In this document: piece after piece, positions 1-8,745 of the stretch
How positions within the stretch are numbered: position 1 is the first letter of the stretch
Layout: each line of letters starts with the position of its first letter
DNA from: Spirochaetia bacterium
GTDB lineage: Bacteria > Spirochaetota > Spirochaetia > UBA9216
Assembly (NCBI GenBank): GCA_963675665.1
Contig: OY776510.1
Coordinates: 2,208,001 to 2,272,000, forward strand
DNA length: 64,000 nt
Direction of reading: 5' to 3'
Translations under genes and position numbers: made by a program
Notes under the pieces: model-generated
Database searches by the model: none
Told to the model about the DNA's origin: nothing
Seen by the model: the letters and a program-made list of their open reading frames with translations, nothing else

Positions 1-2
1 GG

Positions 3-458
3 CTGCTGGCAGTTGCTCTTTTTGCAATCTTTTTCGTAATTCAGCGTTATACCTACCTTGGGAAAAAGATCGTTGCCATAGGCAGTAACGAACTTATGAC
101 AAAGCTGTCCGGAATAGATGTAAATTCATCAAAAATGCTGGCTTTTATGTTGTCCGGGATAGGAAGCGCAGTTGCCGCAGTAATTCTGTCAAGTTACCTG
201 TACAGCGCTTATCCAACTATAGGCGAAGTATATATTCTGGAATCGATAGCTGTTGTTGTTGTCGGAGGCACAGCACTTACAGGGGGTTCCGGAGGTATAG
301 TGAATACTCTTGTCGGAGCTGTGATTATGAGCATACTAAAGAATGGAATGACTGTTATAGGGATTGATGTTTATGCCCAGCAGACCTTCCTCGGAGTTTT
401 AATCATTCTTGCTGTAGCAGCTTCTTTTGACAGAAAAAAATTATCGTTTATAAAATAA
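3..458 (+). CDS. Sugar ABC transporter permease (ribose/xylose type), 5'-truncated by the window edge
   Basis: The frame is open from position 3 (LLAVALFAIFFVIQRYTYLGKKIVAIGSNELMTKLSGI). Motifs ESIAVVVVGGTALTGGSG and GTLVGA-like NTLVGAVIM are present; the protein is hydrophobic. Confidence 0.9.
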   Translation: MLAVALFAIFFVIQRYTYLGKKIVAIGSNELMTKLSGIDVNSSKMLAFMLSGIGSAVAAVILSSYLYSAYPTIGEVYILESIAVVVVGGTALTGGSGGIVNTLVGAVIMSILKNGMTVIGIDVYAQQTFLGVLIILAVAASFDRKKLSFIK

Positions 459-551
459 TATTTCAGTAGTTGCGGTTTTATAGATTGTAAACGGAAAAGA
501 GCATCATCGCCCCGGTACATTGCGGATTTTCAGTGTGCCGGGGTTTTATCT
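459..551 (-). pseudogene. Degenerate relic of the 3' end of a GntR/UTRA regulator, paralogous to 5842..6609
   Basis: Manual alignment of 464-551 to 5853-5941 gives about 63/88 identities plus one gap, including an identical TCGCCCCGGTACAT. The translation EDKTPAH*KSAMYRGD/RCSFPFTIYKTAT matches TDGTPIHYASAMYRGDRCSFSFTLQKTET, with one stop and one frameshift. Confidence 0.75.
510..547 (+). terminator. Probable intrinsic terminator after the ABC permease
   Basis: CCCCGGTACATTG-(8 nt)-CAGTGTGCCGGGG stem with G-U pairs, followed by TTTT. Confidence 0.5.
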
Positions 552-682
552 TCAACAGAAATCCTGTAACTAATATCCAATAAGTCACATAAAACAATTT
601 TCTTATGCTTTCGGGTCTTGTATTATGAAATGATTGTGCATAGAATATTCTACAAATCGATAAATTGGGAAAAGGGTAAAGT

Positions 683-1894
683 ATGTCTCTTAAATCGGAT
701 AATCGTAAAGCAGTGCTTGATTTTCTTCGGTCAGGCAAAGAAAGCACAATAGCCGATATTGAGGATGAAACAAGAATAAGCAAGACCACATTAAAGAAAA
801 TTCTTGAATATTTTATAAAAACTGACCTTGTGTCCTACGCTGGTAAAGGGAGTTCTACAGATGAAGGCGGAAAGAAACCGGATCTCTTTGTCCTGAATCG
901 CAAGTACGGTTATGTTATAAGTATCTGCATTACGATGCATGATATTTTTTCTGCTGTCACAGATATGTCGAATCAAATAGTAAGAACAGACTCTATTCCG
1001 ATAAAAAAGAATGAACCTCTTGATAAAATTATAAATCATATAAGCAGTATTACGGAGCGGTATATACATCTTTCAGAAGACAATGAGAGATTGCTCGGCC
1101 TGGCCATAGGTTTCCCGGGTATCGCCGATGCCGGCCGCGGAATCGGATTGCTTGCTCCGAATTATCCGTCATGGGGAATAAACATTCCCATAAAAGAACG
1201 GCTGCTTGAAATACTTAAAATTGATTGTCCGATTTATCTGGAGAATGTAAATCGTTTTCAGGCAATCGCGGAAAAAGAAATAGGTATAGCGAAAGGTTAT
1301 AGTTCTTTCATGATAATTGAAGGAGGGTACGGCTTCGGTGGGGCAATATTTGATTCCGAAAATACCAGGCGGGGCGGCAACTTTCTGGCCGGAGAAGTGG
1401 GGCATATGGTTGTCGACCCGAAAAGCGAAAAACAGTGTACCTGTGGAGCTATGGGATGTCTGAACGCTCTTGTGAGAGTAGAGGACGTTATTGAAAAAGC
1501 TGTTCAGGGAGCGGGGCTGCGCCCTGAATCTGTTTTGTTTAAGGATCATGCTCCTGAAAATCTTGTTATAGAAGATATTTTTTCCGCTTCAAATGCCGAT
1601 GATCCGTTTGCCATGGAGCTTATGGATGAAGTTATCGACTGGTTTGCAATAGGAATCTCAAACTCTTATGCTGTTTATGATCCTGATTTAATCGTGCTTC
1701 AGGGCGTCTTTACCGGTGCCGGCGACTATTTTTTAAATGAACTGCGGAGAAAAGCTGAGAATATGGTTTTAAAAAGAATGAAAAAAGATTTCAAAATAGA
1801 ATATTCTCCTCTCGGAACTGAACGCGAGGTTGTCGGGGGCGCAACGCTTGTCTTGAGAGATTATTTCGAAAAAGAAAATCTGTACAGCGACTAA
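683..1894 (+). CDS. ROK-family transcriptional regulator (NagC/XylR type)
   Basis: N-terminal HTH with GGKKP wing; AGEVGHMVV and CTCGAMGCL zinc motif; 403 aa. Confidence 0.92.
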   Translation: MSLKSDNRKAVLDFLRSGKESTIADIEDETRISKTTLKKILEYFIKTDLVSYAGKGSSTDEGGKKPDLFVLNRKYGYVISICITMHDIFSAVTDMSNQIVRTDSIPIKKNEPLDKIINHISSITERYIHLSEDNERLLGLAIGFPGIADAGRGIGLLAPNYPSWGINIPIKERLLEILKIDCPIYLENVNRFQAIAEKEIGIAKGYSSFMIIEGGYGFGGAIFDSENTRRGGNFLAGEVGHMVVDPKSEKQCTCGAMGCLNALVRVEDVIEKAVQGAGLRPESVLFKDHAPENLVIEDIFSASNADDPFAMELMDEVIDWFAIGISNSYAVYDPDLIVLQGVFTGAGDYFLNELRRKAENMVLKRMKKDFKIEYSPLGTEREVVGGATLVLRDYFEKENLYSD

Positions 1895-1949
1895 ATTTCC
1901 AGTGTATTGAAAGTTTTTTATGTTCTTAAGATATGGTTATGTGAGCAGA

Positions 1950-2000
1950 TTGTCAAACGGTTATAAAAACTGTTGACAAAACAGAAAACCGGTTTATAAT
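1950..2000 (+). promoter_or_regulatory. Sigma70-like promoter with overlapping palindromes; probably drives a leaderless transcript
   Basis: TTGACA (1973-1978), 16 nt, TATAAT (1995-2000), then ATG 6 nt later with no SD. The palindrome AAACCGGTTT lies at 1986-1995. An inverted pair TTGTCAA/TTGACAA lies at 1950/1973. Confidence 0.7.
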
Positions 2001-2006
2001 TTAATT

Positions 2007-2786
2007 ATGGACGTTAAAGAAATTAATAACATAGGTTGTGATATCGACAGGCTGTTGCGTCTGAAAACAAATTGTCTGGGTATAAAGTTTTTCAGAACCG
2101 AAAAGGACATTCCTGAAGATTTTCAGAGGTTGAAAGGCAGGAAGTCAATATGCATGCTAATCGGTTACGCACGGTTTCTGGAGATCCCGGCGGTTATCAC
2201 CAGAGATACCTACGCCAACTGCTGGCCGTCGGACATCTCTCTCGGGTGGGGTGAACTTCCAGCTGATGCCGGAGAACAGGCCAAAGGCTATGTAGCAGCA
2301 ACAGCGGAATCAGTTGAAAAAGCATTTTCCGAATTTCTTTCTCTCGACGGCAAATATGATGCGATAGGGGTTTCACCGCTTTCTATGATCACCGTTGTTC
2401 CCGACATAATTCAAATCTGGGGCAGCCCGCTGCAATTGATGATGATGGAATACGCGAGTACCTGGAACGGCTGGGATAAAATCAAACTTGAGTCCAACGG
2501 GCACGGGGCCAGCTGCTATGAAGTGTTGACGCTTCCTTTTTTGAAGAAAGAGGCCCGTTTCGCCCTGGCGGATAACGGTGATCGAAGACACGGGATGGCC
2601 AGGGATGAAGATATGATTATGGGATTTCCCGTTGAAATGCTTAAAGGTTTTCATGAAGGATTAAAAGCCCAGCAGAATGATATGAACGCTTTGCCAATTA
2701 TGTATGATTTTGACGCTATACCGTTTCCTGTTTCAAAGGAAACTCTGGCAAGGCGTTTTTCAAAATATGGTAATGAAGGGAATTAA
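2007..2786 (+). CDS. DUF169-family protein
   Basis: LRLKTNCLGIKF, SICMLIGYAR, PDIIQIWGSPLQLM, ASCYE and GDRRHGMARDEDMIMGFP match the DUF169 pattern. Confidence 0.7.
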   Translation: MDVKEINNIGCDIDRLLRLKTNCLGIKFFRTEKDIPEDFQRLKGRKSICMLIGYARFLEIPAVITRDTYANCWPSDISLGWGELPADAGEQAKGYVAATAESVEKAFSEFLSLDGKYDAIGVSPLSMITVVPDIIQIWGSPLQLMMMEYASTWNGWDKIKLESNGHGASCYEVLTLPFLKKEARFALADNGDRRHGMARDEDMIMGFPVEMLKGFHEGLKAQQNDMNALPIMYDFDAIPFPVSKETLARRFSKYGNEGN

Positions 2787-2787
2787 G

Positions 2788-3774
2788 ATGCAAAAACCAA
2801 AATTATTTACAATATTGCCTGATTATGTGGCAACACCGGACGGTATGGCGATAGCTGAAGACGGGGATCTTGTTCTGGCCTGTCCGAATTATGCCGATCA
2901 AAGCCTGCCGGGATGCATAATCCGGTTTGATGAAAATAAAAATATCAGGAAGTGGGTGGATGTCCCCGTACATCCCGAAACAGGATTAGCCTCTCCCATG
3001 GGCATAGCATTCGGTCCGGACCAGGACCTTTATATCTGTGATAATCAGGGATGGCCGGGAAAGTCTGAATTGCTGTTTAAAGGGCGAATACTCAGGCTTC
3101 GAATACGGGATGATAAGGTTGTAAAAACAACCGTAGTGGCGAACGGGATGGAACATCCGAACGGAATGCGTATAAGAGGTAATTATATCTACGTGACCCA
3201 GAGCATGCTGTCCAGGGTACAGGACCCTTCAGGCCTGCTGGTGAGTTGTGTTTACCGGTTCGGTCTGGATGAAGAGGGAATAGAAATTACAAATACGCTG
3301 GAAGACAAACATATACTGACAACAGTGCTTACTCACAATCCCGAATGCCAGTACGGACTCGACGGTATTGAGTTTGACCATAACGGTGATTTGCTTGTAG
3401 GTAATTTTGGCGACGGCGCGGTTCACCGCATCACTTTTAATGCCGACGGATCAGTCAGGGAAAACAAGGTCTGGGCAAAGAACCCGGAAGAGTTGAAATC
3501 TACCGACGGAATGATAATGGATGAGAAAGGGAATCTTTTTATAGCAGACTTTTCGGCCAATGCGGTGGCCAGGGTTACTCCTGACGGTAATGTTACAAGG
3601 ATTGCTGAAAGCCCCGACTGTGACGGCTTTGACGGCGGATTGGACCAGCCGGGAGAGCCAATAATCTGGAAAGACAGGCTGATACTTACCTGCTTTGATC
3701 TGGTTACTGACGACTACAATGTCAATACCCGGCACGAGATGCCGGCTACTATGGCCGAGCTGAAACCTGAATAA
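2788..3774 (+). CDS. Six-bladed beta-propeller, SMP-30/gluconolactonase-like
   Basis: Repeated PDGMA / PMGIAF / PNGMRI / LDGIEF / TDGMIMD..GNLFIADF blade motifs. The start is placed at ATG 2788, directly after the DUF169 stop. Confidence 0.7.
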   Translation: MQKPKLFTILPDYVATPDGMAIAEDGDLVLACPNYADQSLPGCIIRFDENKNIRKWVDVPVHPETGLASPMGIAFGPDQDLYICDNQGWPGKSELLFKGRILRLRIRDDKVVKTTVVANGMEHPNGMRIRGNYIYVTQSMLSRVQDPSGLLVSCVYRFGLDEEGIEITNTLEDKHILTTVLTHNPECQYGLDGIEFDHNGDLLVGNFGDGAVHRITFNADGSVRENKVWAKNPEELKSTDGMIMDEKGNLFIADFSANAVARVTPDGNVTRIAESPDCDGFDGGLDQPGEPIIWKDRLILTCFDLVTDDYNVNTRHEMPATMAELKPE

Positions 3775-3780
3775 AAAGAG

Positions 3781-3870
3781 GGGTAAGTTCGGAAAGCGAA
3801 AATTGCGTAACAAGAATTGCATAGCAATTAAGCTTTCCAACCTGCCCGCAGTAACCCGCAACCGTGCGGG
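3781..3870. repeat. Structured palindromic intergenic element (divergent member of the family at 8627 and 36202)
   Basis: An AAGTTCGGAAAGC...GCTTTCCAACCT stem encloses AATTGC-ata-GCAATT. It is followed by a CCCGC-AACCGT-GCGGG hairpin 10 nt before AGGAG. Confidence 0.5.
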
Positions 3871-3891
3871 AATGTTTTACAGGAGATAAAT

Positions 3892-4686
3892 ATGGAATTG
3901 AATCTTAAAGGCAAAATCGCTGTAGTTACAGGGGCCACGAAAGGAATCGGTCTTGCTACTGCAAGAGGGTTTGCTGCAGAAGGGGCCCACGTGGCAATCT
4001 GCTCCCGAACCGGTAAGGAAGCTGAAGCTGCTGCAGAAAAGATTAAGACTGATTATGGAGTAAAGTGCATCGGAGTCCAGGCGGATGTCGTTAACAGTGA
4101 AGACCTGGATAAATTCATAAAAGAAGTTATGGCTTCTCTGGGCGGTATCGATATTCTGATAAATAACGCGGGGCTAGGCAGCGATGAGAAGATAATCTCC
4201 TCGACCGATGAACGATGGCAGTACTGGTGGGACCTTTCTGTTATGGCGGCAATCAGGTTGTCCAGGGCTGTTGTTCCGGTTATGAAAAAGCGCGGCGGGG
4301 GCGTTATAACAAACCTTGCGTCGATCTGCGGCAAACAGCCGATGTTTCACGAACCTATTTACGACACCGTAAAAGCGGCCCTTGTAATGATGTCAAAGTG
4401 TCTGTCCAACGAAATAATGCAGGATAATATCAGAGTGAACGCAGTGAACCCGGGACTTGTTAAAACCCCTGCATGGATGGACCATGTGACTGAAGATGCC
4501 GCCGCCCAGGGATTAAGTGTCGACCAGTTTCTCGAAAACATTGCAAAGGAATGGACTCCTATTGGGCGTTTTGCAGAACCCGAGGAAGTAGCTGATTTTA
4601 TAGTTTTTTTATGTTCGGAAAGGGCCAGTTACAGTGTAGGTTCTTCGTATTACATCGACGGGGGCTGGCTGAAGGTAACAAACTGA
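3892..4686 (+). CDS. Short-chain dehydrogenase/reductase (SDR)
   Basis: TGATKGIG, NNAG, catalytic S and YDTVK, NAVNPG; AGGAG SD. Confidence 0.93.
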   Translation: MELNLKGKIAVVTGATKGIGLATARGFAAEGAHVAICSRTGKEAEAAAEKIKTDYGVKCIGVQADVVNSEDLDKFIKEVMASLGGIDILINNAGLGSDEKIISSTDERWQYWWDLSVMAAIRLSRAVVPVMKKRGGGVITNLASICGKQPMFHEPIYDTVKAALVMMSKCLSNEIMQDNIRVNAVNPGLVKTPAWMDHVTEDAAAQGLSVDQFLENIAKEWTPIGRFAEPEEVADFIVFLCSERASYSVGSSYYIDGGWLKVTN

Positions 4687-4780
4687 TTTTGAAATATGGG
4701 AGTTTATTTATTACCGGTTGATAAGTAAACGTCCATGAAGTCTATTAAAGGTTTTTAAAACACAAATGGAGGTGTTGAAT

Positions 4781-5839
4781 ATGAAAATCAAAATGGCATT
4801 AATTCTGGTTGCAGTATGTTTTCTGGCTGTTTTCACGGTATATGCAGGCGGACAGCAGGAAGCGGAAAAACCCGTTACAATGTGTACGGCCATCAAGTTT
4901 CTTGATAACCCGTATCATATTGACTGGATAGCCGGAGGCGAAGGTTTTGCTGAAAGTATCGGAATGAAAGATATGATAGTAAACCAGGCTTCTCAGGGAA
5001 GCAGTGAAAAGCAGCTGAACGACATAAAGGCCCTGATTGCAAAAACCGGCGGAAACGTTATATGCAATATAGATCCGAATCAGGCCCCTGATGTTGTTCC
5101 CCTGGCAAAGGCTCTTGAGGATGCCGGCGTATATTTTGTAACCTGGTGGAACAAACCCGATGATATCAAGGTATGGGACTATGACCACTGGGTATGCCAT
5201 GTAACCTTTGACGGGGTATCGGCAGGCAAGTTTATAGCGAACAGTCTGTTTGACACCTTTGAGACTCCGGGCAAGGGAAAGATAGTAGCCCTTGAAGGCC
5301 AGCTTGCGAACTCTGCGTTTATTGAAAGATGGGAAGGTCTGCAGCAGGCGTTGGCAGAAAATCCCGGAGTAGAACTGGTAGCGTATGAGCCGGCCGAATG
5401 GGACAGGACGAAAGCCTTCGACAAGCTGTCGAGTATGCTGGTAGCCCATCCTGATATAGACGGGGTATGGGCGGCAAATGACAATATGGCGCTTGGAGCA
5501 ATTGAAGCGCTGAGAGCTGCCGGTCTTGCGGGAAAGGTAAAGGTCTGCGGAGTAGACGGAACAGAAGAAATGATAAGAGCTATAGTTGCCGGAGAGGCAT
5601 GTGCGACAGCAGCCCCTGATGCGAAATGGCAGGGAGGAATAGGTCTTTCCATGGCATATGCGGCAAAGAACGGCGAGCTTGATGTTGCGTCAATACCGAA
5701 AGAGAAAAGACAATGGTATGCTACAATGGTAAATATAGACAGCAGCAATGCCCAGGAATGGGTAGAGACTGTAATCGAAGCGACACCCGAATATGACTGG
5801 AATGATCATTTCGGACGTTTCCTAAAAACAATAAAGTAA
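4781..5839 (+). CDS. Sugar ABC transporter substrate-binding protein (RbsB-like)
   Basis: Signal peptide ending VYAGGQQE; DNPY, ERWEG, WAANDNMALGA and GVDG motifs. The GGAGGT SD favours ATG 4781. Confidence 0.9.
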   Translation: MKIKMALILVAVCFLAVFTVYAGGQQEAEKPVTMCTAIKFLDNPYHIDWIAGGEGFAESIGMKDMIVNQASQGSSEKQLNDIKALIAKTGGNVICNIDPNQAPDVVPLAKALEDAGVYFVTWWNKPDDIKVWDYDHWVCHVTFDGVSAGKFIANSLFDTFETPGKGKIVALEGQLANSAFIERWEGLQQALAENPGVELVAYEPAEWDRTKAFDKLSSMLVAHPDIDGVWAANDNMALGAIEALRAAGLAGKVKVCGVDGTEEMIRAIVAGEACATAAPDAKWQGGIGLSMAYAAKNGELDVASIPKEKRQWYATMVNIDSSNAQEWVETVIEATPEYDWNDHFGRFLKTIK

Positions 5840-5841
5840 TT

Positions 5842-6609
5842 CTAAAACGGAACAGCAGTTTCAGTTTTTTGAAGTGTGAATGAAAACGAACATCTGTCGC
5901 CCCGGTACATGGCTGATGCATAATGTATCGGGGTTCCGTCTGTCAGATATGTAATTATCTGCATATGCTGAATGGGAGCTCCCTTTTTTATCTGAAGCAT
6001 CCGGGCTTCATATTCATCAGCGGTTATGGCATCCATAATTCGATCGCTGTGGCCGATTATATTACCGGTTAGACGTTCGATCAAATCGGCAAGTGATTCG
6101 TTCTCCATATCATATTCCAGAATACCGCTCATATTTTCTGCTGGAAGATAGTCTACCAGCAGAATCAGGGGGACATTGTCAACAATGCGGAGTCTTCTCA
6201 GTTTAATAACTTCATCATGTTCGTTGATTTGTAACTGTTTGCTTAAAAAAGTGTCACTGTTTATTTTTGCCGCTTCGAGTATGACGGTCCGGTGAACCAA
6301 CCCCTTTTTTTCCATTTCAGATCGAAAACTCTGGATTGTAAACAGGGAGTTTTGGGTAATTCTTGGGCTTGATACGAACGTTCCTCTTCCCTTTTCCTTG
6401 TATAGGTAACCTTCCGAAACAAGTTCCTGGATAGTCTGCCTTACAGTGGGCCTGGCCACATGGAAATGATTGCATAATTCCGCTTCAGAGGGAATGGAAT
6501 CTCCTAGTTTGAGCGTGGCTATCAATTCCAACAAAACTTCTTTTATCTGATAATAAATCGGAACCGGAGATGATTTATCAATATCAGGAAAATCAAGTTC
6601 TTTTTTCAT
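5842..6609 (-). CDS. GntR-family regulator, HutC/UTRA subfamily
   Basis: PIYYQIKE, IPSEAELC..F.VARPTVRQ, GRGTFV and a C-terminal YRGD UTRA motif. Confidence 0.93.
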   Translation of the reverse strand: MKKELDFPDIDKSSPVPIYYQIKEVLLELIATLKLGDSIPSEAELCNHFHVARPTVRQTIQELVSEGYLYKEKGRGTFVSSPRITQNSLFTIQSFRSEMEKKGLVHRTVILEAAKINSDTFLSKQLQINEHDEVIKLRRLRIVDNVPLILLVDYLPAENMSGILEYDMENESLADLIERLTGNIIGHSDRIMDAITADEYEARMLQIKKGAPIQHMQIITYLTDGTPIHYASAMYRGDRCSFSFTLQKTETAVPF

Positions 6610-6680
6610 ACTTAATTATATAATAAATTCAGGAATAGTTAAATGATTCATCATAAAAAAGTGAACAGCTTAAAGAGCCG

Positions 6681-7535
6681 TCAAACCCGCCACTCATCGC
6701 GTTTGGGATACCTGTAGTATTTCGGTATCCGGTAACCAAGCGTAAAAATAAGTCCAATTTTCCGATCTGCTGTTACCCCGGCTTTTTGTCTCAGCCTCCT
6801 GGTTATAAGCGCTGCTTCTGCGAACCCGATCATGCACGAGCCTATACCTCTGGCGTGAGCTGTAAGCATCATATTCTGCCCGGCAAGCGCGCAGTCGGTC
6901 CGTCCGAAGCGGTTTCCGACTGAAGTATCAGGGTAGGTGAGAATCACGACAGCCGGAGCGCCGAAGAAAAAAACATCAGCCTTTCCCGAAATAGTGTCGG
7001 TGATACGCTGATAGTAATCTTCAAGAAGAGGTTTTCTTGCATACCGGCCGAGTCCGAACATTTTAAGAATTTGCCTGCCTATGGGGTTTAATCCGAACAT
7101 TACCGCTTTCAGCAGAACTTTTGAGATCATTATGGAAACCCGGCGTACCTCATCGTTCTGAAGAACAACAGCCTTAACCTGGCGGCTGTTTGTTGCGGTT
7201 GCACTCAGGCTGCCGGCATACAGGATCGCATTCAAATCACCGGAACTGATTGATTCGGGTTTATAATGACGAACCGAGCGCTTGCTGTTGATAAAATGAT
7301 CGATTTGGGCTGGTGCTGTTGTCTCTGTATTGTCAGGGTATTCCGGGAGCGGGCTGCCGTCAGCCCTTACGGCATTAACCGGGCAGACCATCCCGCAGTG
7401 ACTGCATTCTATGCAGTTTTCAGCCTTAATAAAGGCAGTTTTGCCGATTCTGTCTATTGTAATAACTCCGGGAGGGCATTCTTTGGAACAGATTCCGCAG
7501 AAAGTGCACTTGTTTTGGTCTATTGTAAATATCAT
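6681..7535 (-). CDS. Nitroreductase with an N-terminal 2x[4Fe-4S] ferredoxin domain
   Basis: CTFCGICSKECP and CIECSHCGMVCP; KRSVRHY, NMMLTAHARGIGSC and TLGY nitroreductase motifs. Confidence 0.9.
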   Translation of the reverse strand: MIFTIDQNKCTFCGICSKECPPGVITIDRIGKTAFIKAENCIECSHCGMVCPVNAVRADGSPLPEYPDNTETTAPAQIDHFINSKRSVRHYKPESISSGDLNAILYAGSLSATATNSRQVKAVVLQNDEVRRVSIMISKVLLKAVMFGLNPIGRQILKMFGLGRYARKPLLEDYYQRITDTISGKADVFFFGAPAVVILTYPDTSVGNRFGRTDCALAGQNMMLTAHARGIGSCMIGFAEAALITRRLRQKAGVTADRKIGLIFTLGYRIPKYYRYPKRDEWRV

Positions 7536-7570
7536 GTTCTGATAATATCAGAAAAAACCAATCTTTCCAA

Positions 7571-7617
7571 CTTAACATATGTAAAATTAAATATTACACT
7601 CTTTACATAAGTAAAAT
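7571..7617. promoter_or_regulatory. Tandem operator-like repeat upstream of the dehydrogenase operon (candidate SorC-family sites)
   Basis: CTTAACATATGTAAAAT (7571) and CTTTACATAAGTAAAAT (7601) are 15/17 identical, exactly 30 bp apart, and each is near-palindromic around TTACATATGTAA. Confidence 0.55.
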
Positions 7618-7671
7618 AATTGACTATAGTTAAGTAAGTATTATGAATATAAATATTGACAGGGGGGCTTT

Positions 7672-8628
7672 ATGAAGCTGTCAAAAGAAAAGCATAAAGA
7701 ACTGTATCTGAAGATGATGCAGACAAGAAGATTCGAAGAAACAGCAGCAAGATTGTTTGTTGAAGGAAAGGTGCACGGTACAGCGCATTTTTGTATCGGT
7801 GAAGAAGCCACAGGTGTAGGCGTTTGTTCTGCTCTTGAGGTTGAAGACTATATTCTTCAGACTCACCGCGGACATAACCAGGGCATCGGCAAGAATATGG
7901 ATATAAACAGAATGATGGCTGAGTTCCGGGGAAAAGAAACAGGCTACTGCAAGGGTAAGGGCGGATGTATGCATATTGCAGATTTTTCCGTAGGTTCGCT
8001 CGGTGCCAACGGTGTTGTAGGCGGAGGCATACCTATCGCTACAGGCGCTGCTTTGAAACAGAAATACAATAAAGAGAAAAACATAACTGTCTGCTTTTTC
8101 GGCGACGGTGCTTCGAATGAGGGCGCGTTTCATGAATCTCTGAACCTGGCAGCCGCATGGAAACTTCCGGTCCTTTTTGTATGTACAAACAACCAGTACG
8201 GTATGTCTACTTCGACAAAAATTTCTATGGCTATTAATGATATTTCTATCCGGGCGGCAGGCTACGGCATGAAGGGTATTAACCTTGATGGAAATGATGT
8301 AGTGAATATCTACAATGAAACGGTTAAAGCTAAAAAATACATACTCGAGAACGGCCCGATGCTTATGGTTCTTGAAACATACCGCTGGATGGGTCACTCG
8401 AAATCGGACGCCCAGCTGTACAGAACCAAGGAAGAGGTTAACGAATGGAAGGAAAAGTGTCCGATTAAGCGGCACAGGGAATTCCTTCTTGCCGAGGGTA
8501 TCCTGACAGAAGCTGAAATTGATGCACTTGATAAACAGGCGGAAGAAGATATCAAAAGGGCAGTGGATTTTGCGGAAAACAGCCCGGAACCGAAGATCGA
8601 AGACATCTTTGATGATGTGTATGCGTAA
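7672..8628 (+). CDS. acoA: TPP-dependent acetoin/2-oxoacid dehydrogenase E1 alpha
   Basis: THRGH, GKGGCMHIAD, GANGVVGGG, the GDGASNEG..NN TPP motif and YRWMGHS. Confidence 0.85.
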   Translation: MKLSKEKHKELYLKMMQTRRFEETAARLFVEGKVHGTAHFCIGEEATGVGVCSALEVEDYILQTHRGHNQGIGKNMDINRMMAEFRGKETGYCKGKGGCMHIADFSVGSLGANGVVGGGIPIATGAALKQKYNKEKNITVCFFGDGASNEGAFHESLNLAAAWKLPVLFVCTNNQYGMSTSTKISMAINDISIRAAGYGMKGINLDGNDVVNIYNETVKAKKYILENGPMLMVLETYRWMGHSKSDAQLYRTKEEVNEWKEKCPIKRHREFLLAEGILTEAEIDALDKQAEEDIKRAVDFAENSPEPKIEDIFDDVYA

Positions 8629-8718
8629 AGTTATTGGACGTCCTTGTCCAATAACTTTCGAAGTTTGATTGCTGCGCTATCAAACTTCAATTATGCAGTC
8701 CTGTCATCCGTGACAGGG
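8627..8718. repeat. Triple-hairpin palindromic intergenic element
   Basis: AAAGTTATTGGAC-GTCCTT-GTCCAATAACTTT (13 bp stem), GAAGTTTGAT...ATCAAACTTC (10 bp stem) and CCTGTC-ATCCGT-GACAGG. Confidence 0.75.
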
Positions 8719-8745
8719 ATCATTAGTATTTAGGAGTATTATTTT

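Noticed and set aside
478-789. 103-aa minus-strand ORF
   Set aside because: It overlaps the ROK gene antisense and has no recognisable motif. The real signal here is the GntR relic in other frames.
2704-2787. Upstream-extended starts in the ORF track (also 4766, 11075, 22816, 36292, 42306, 50757, 52667, 55355)
   Set aside because: SD position, overlap with neighbours and family N-termini favour the downstream starts given in the features.
4799-5748. Long antisense ORFs (216 and 189 aa), and similar ones at 7681-8475, 22861-23382, 32885-33469, 46344-46898 and 52008-52538
   Set aside because: They are shadows of well-supported genes on the opposite strand, with no motifs or initiation signals.
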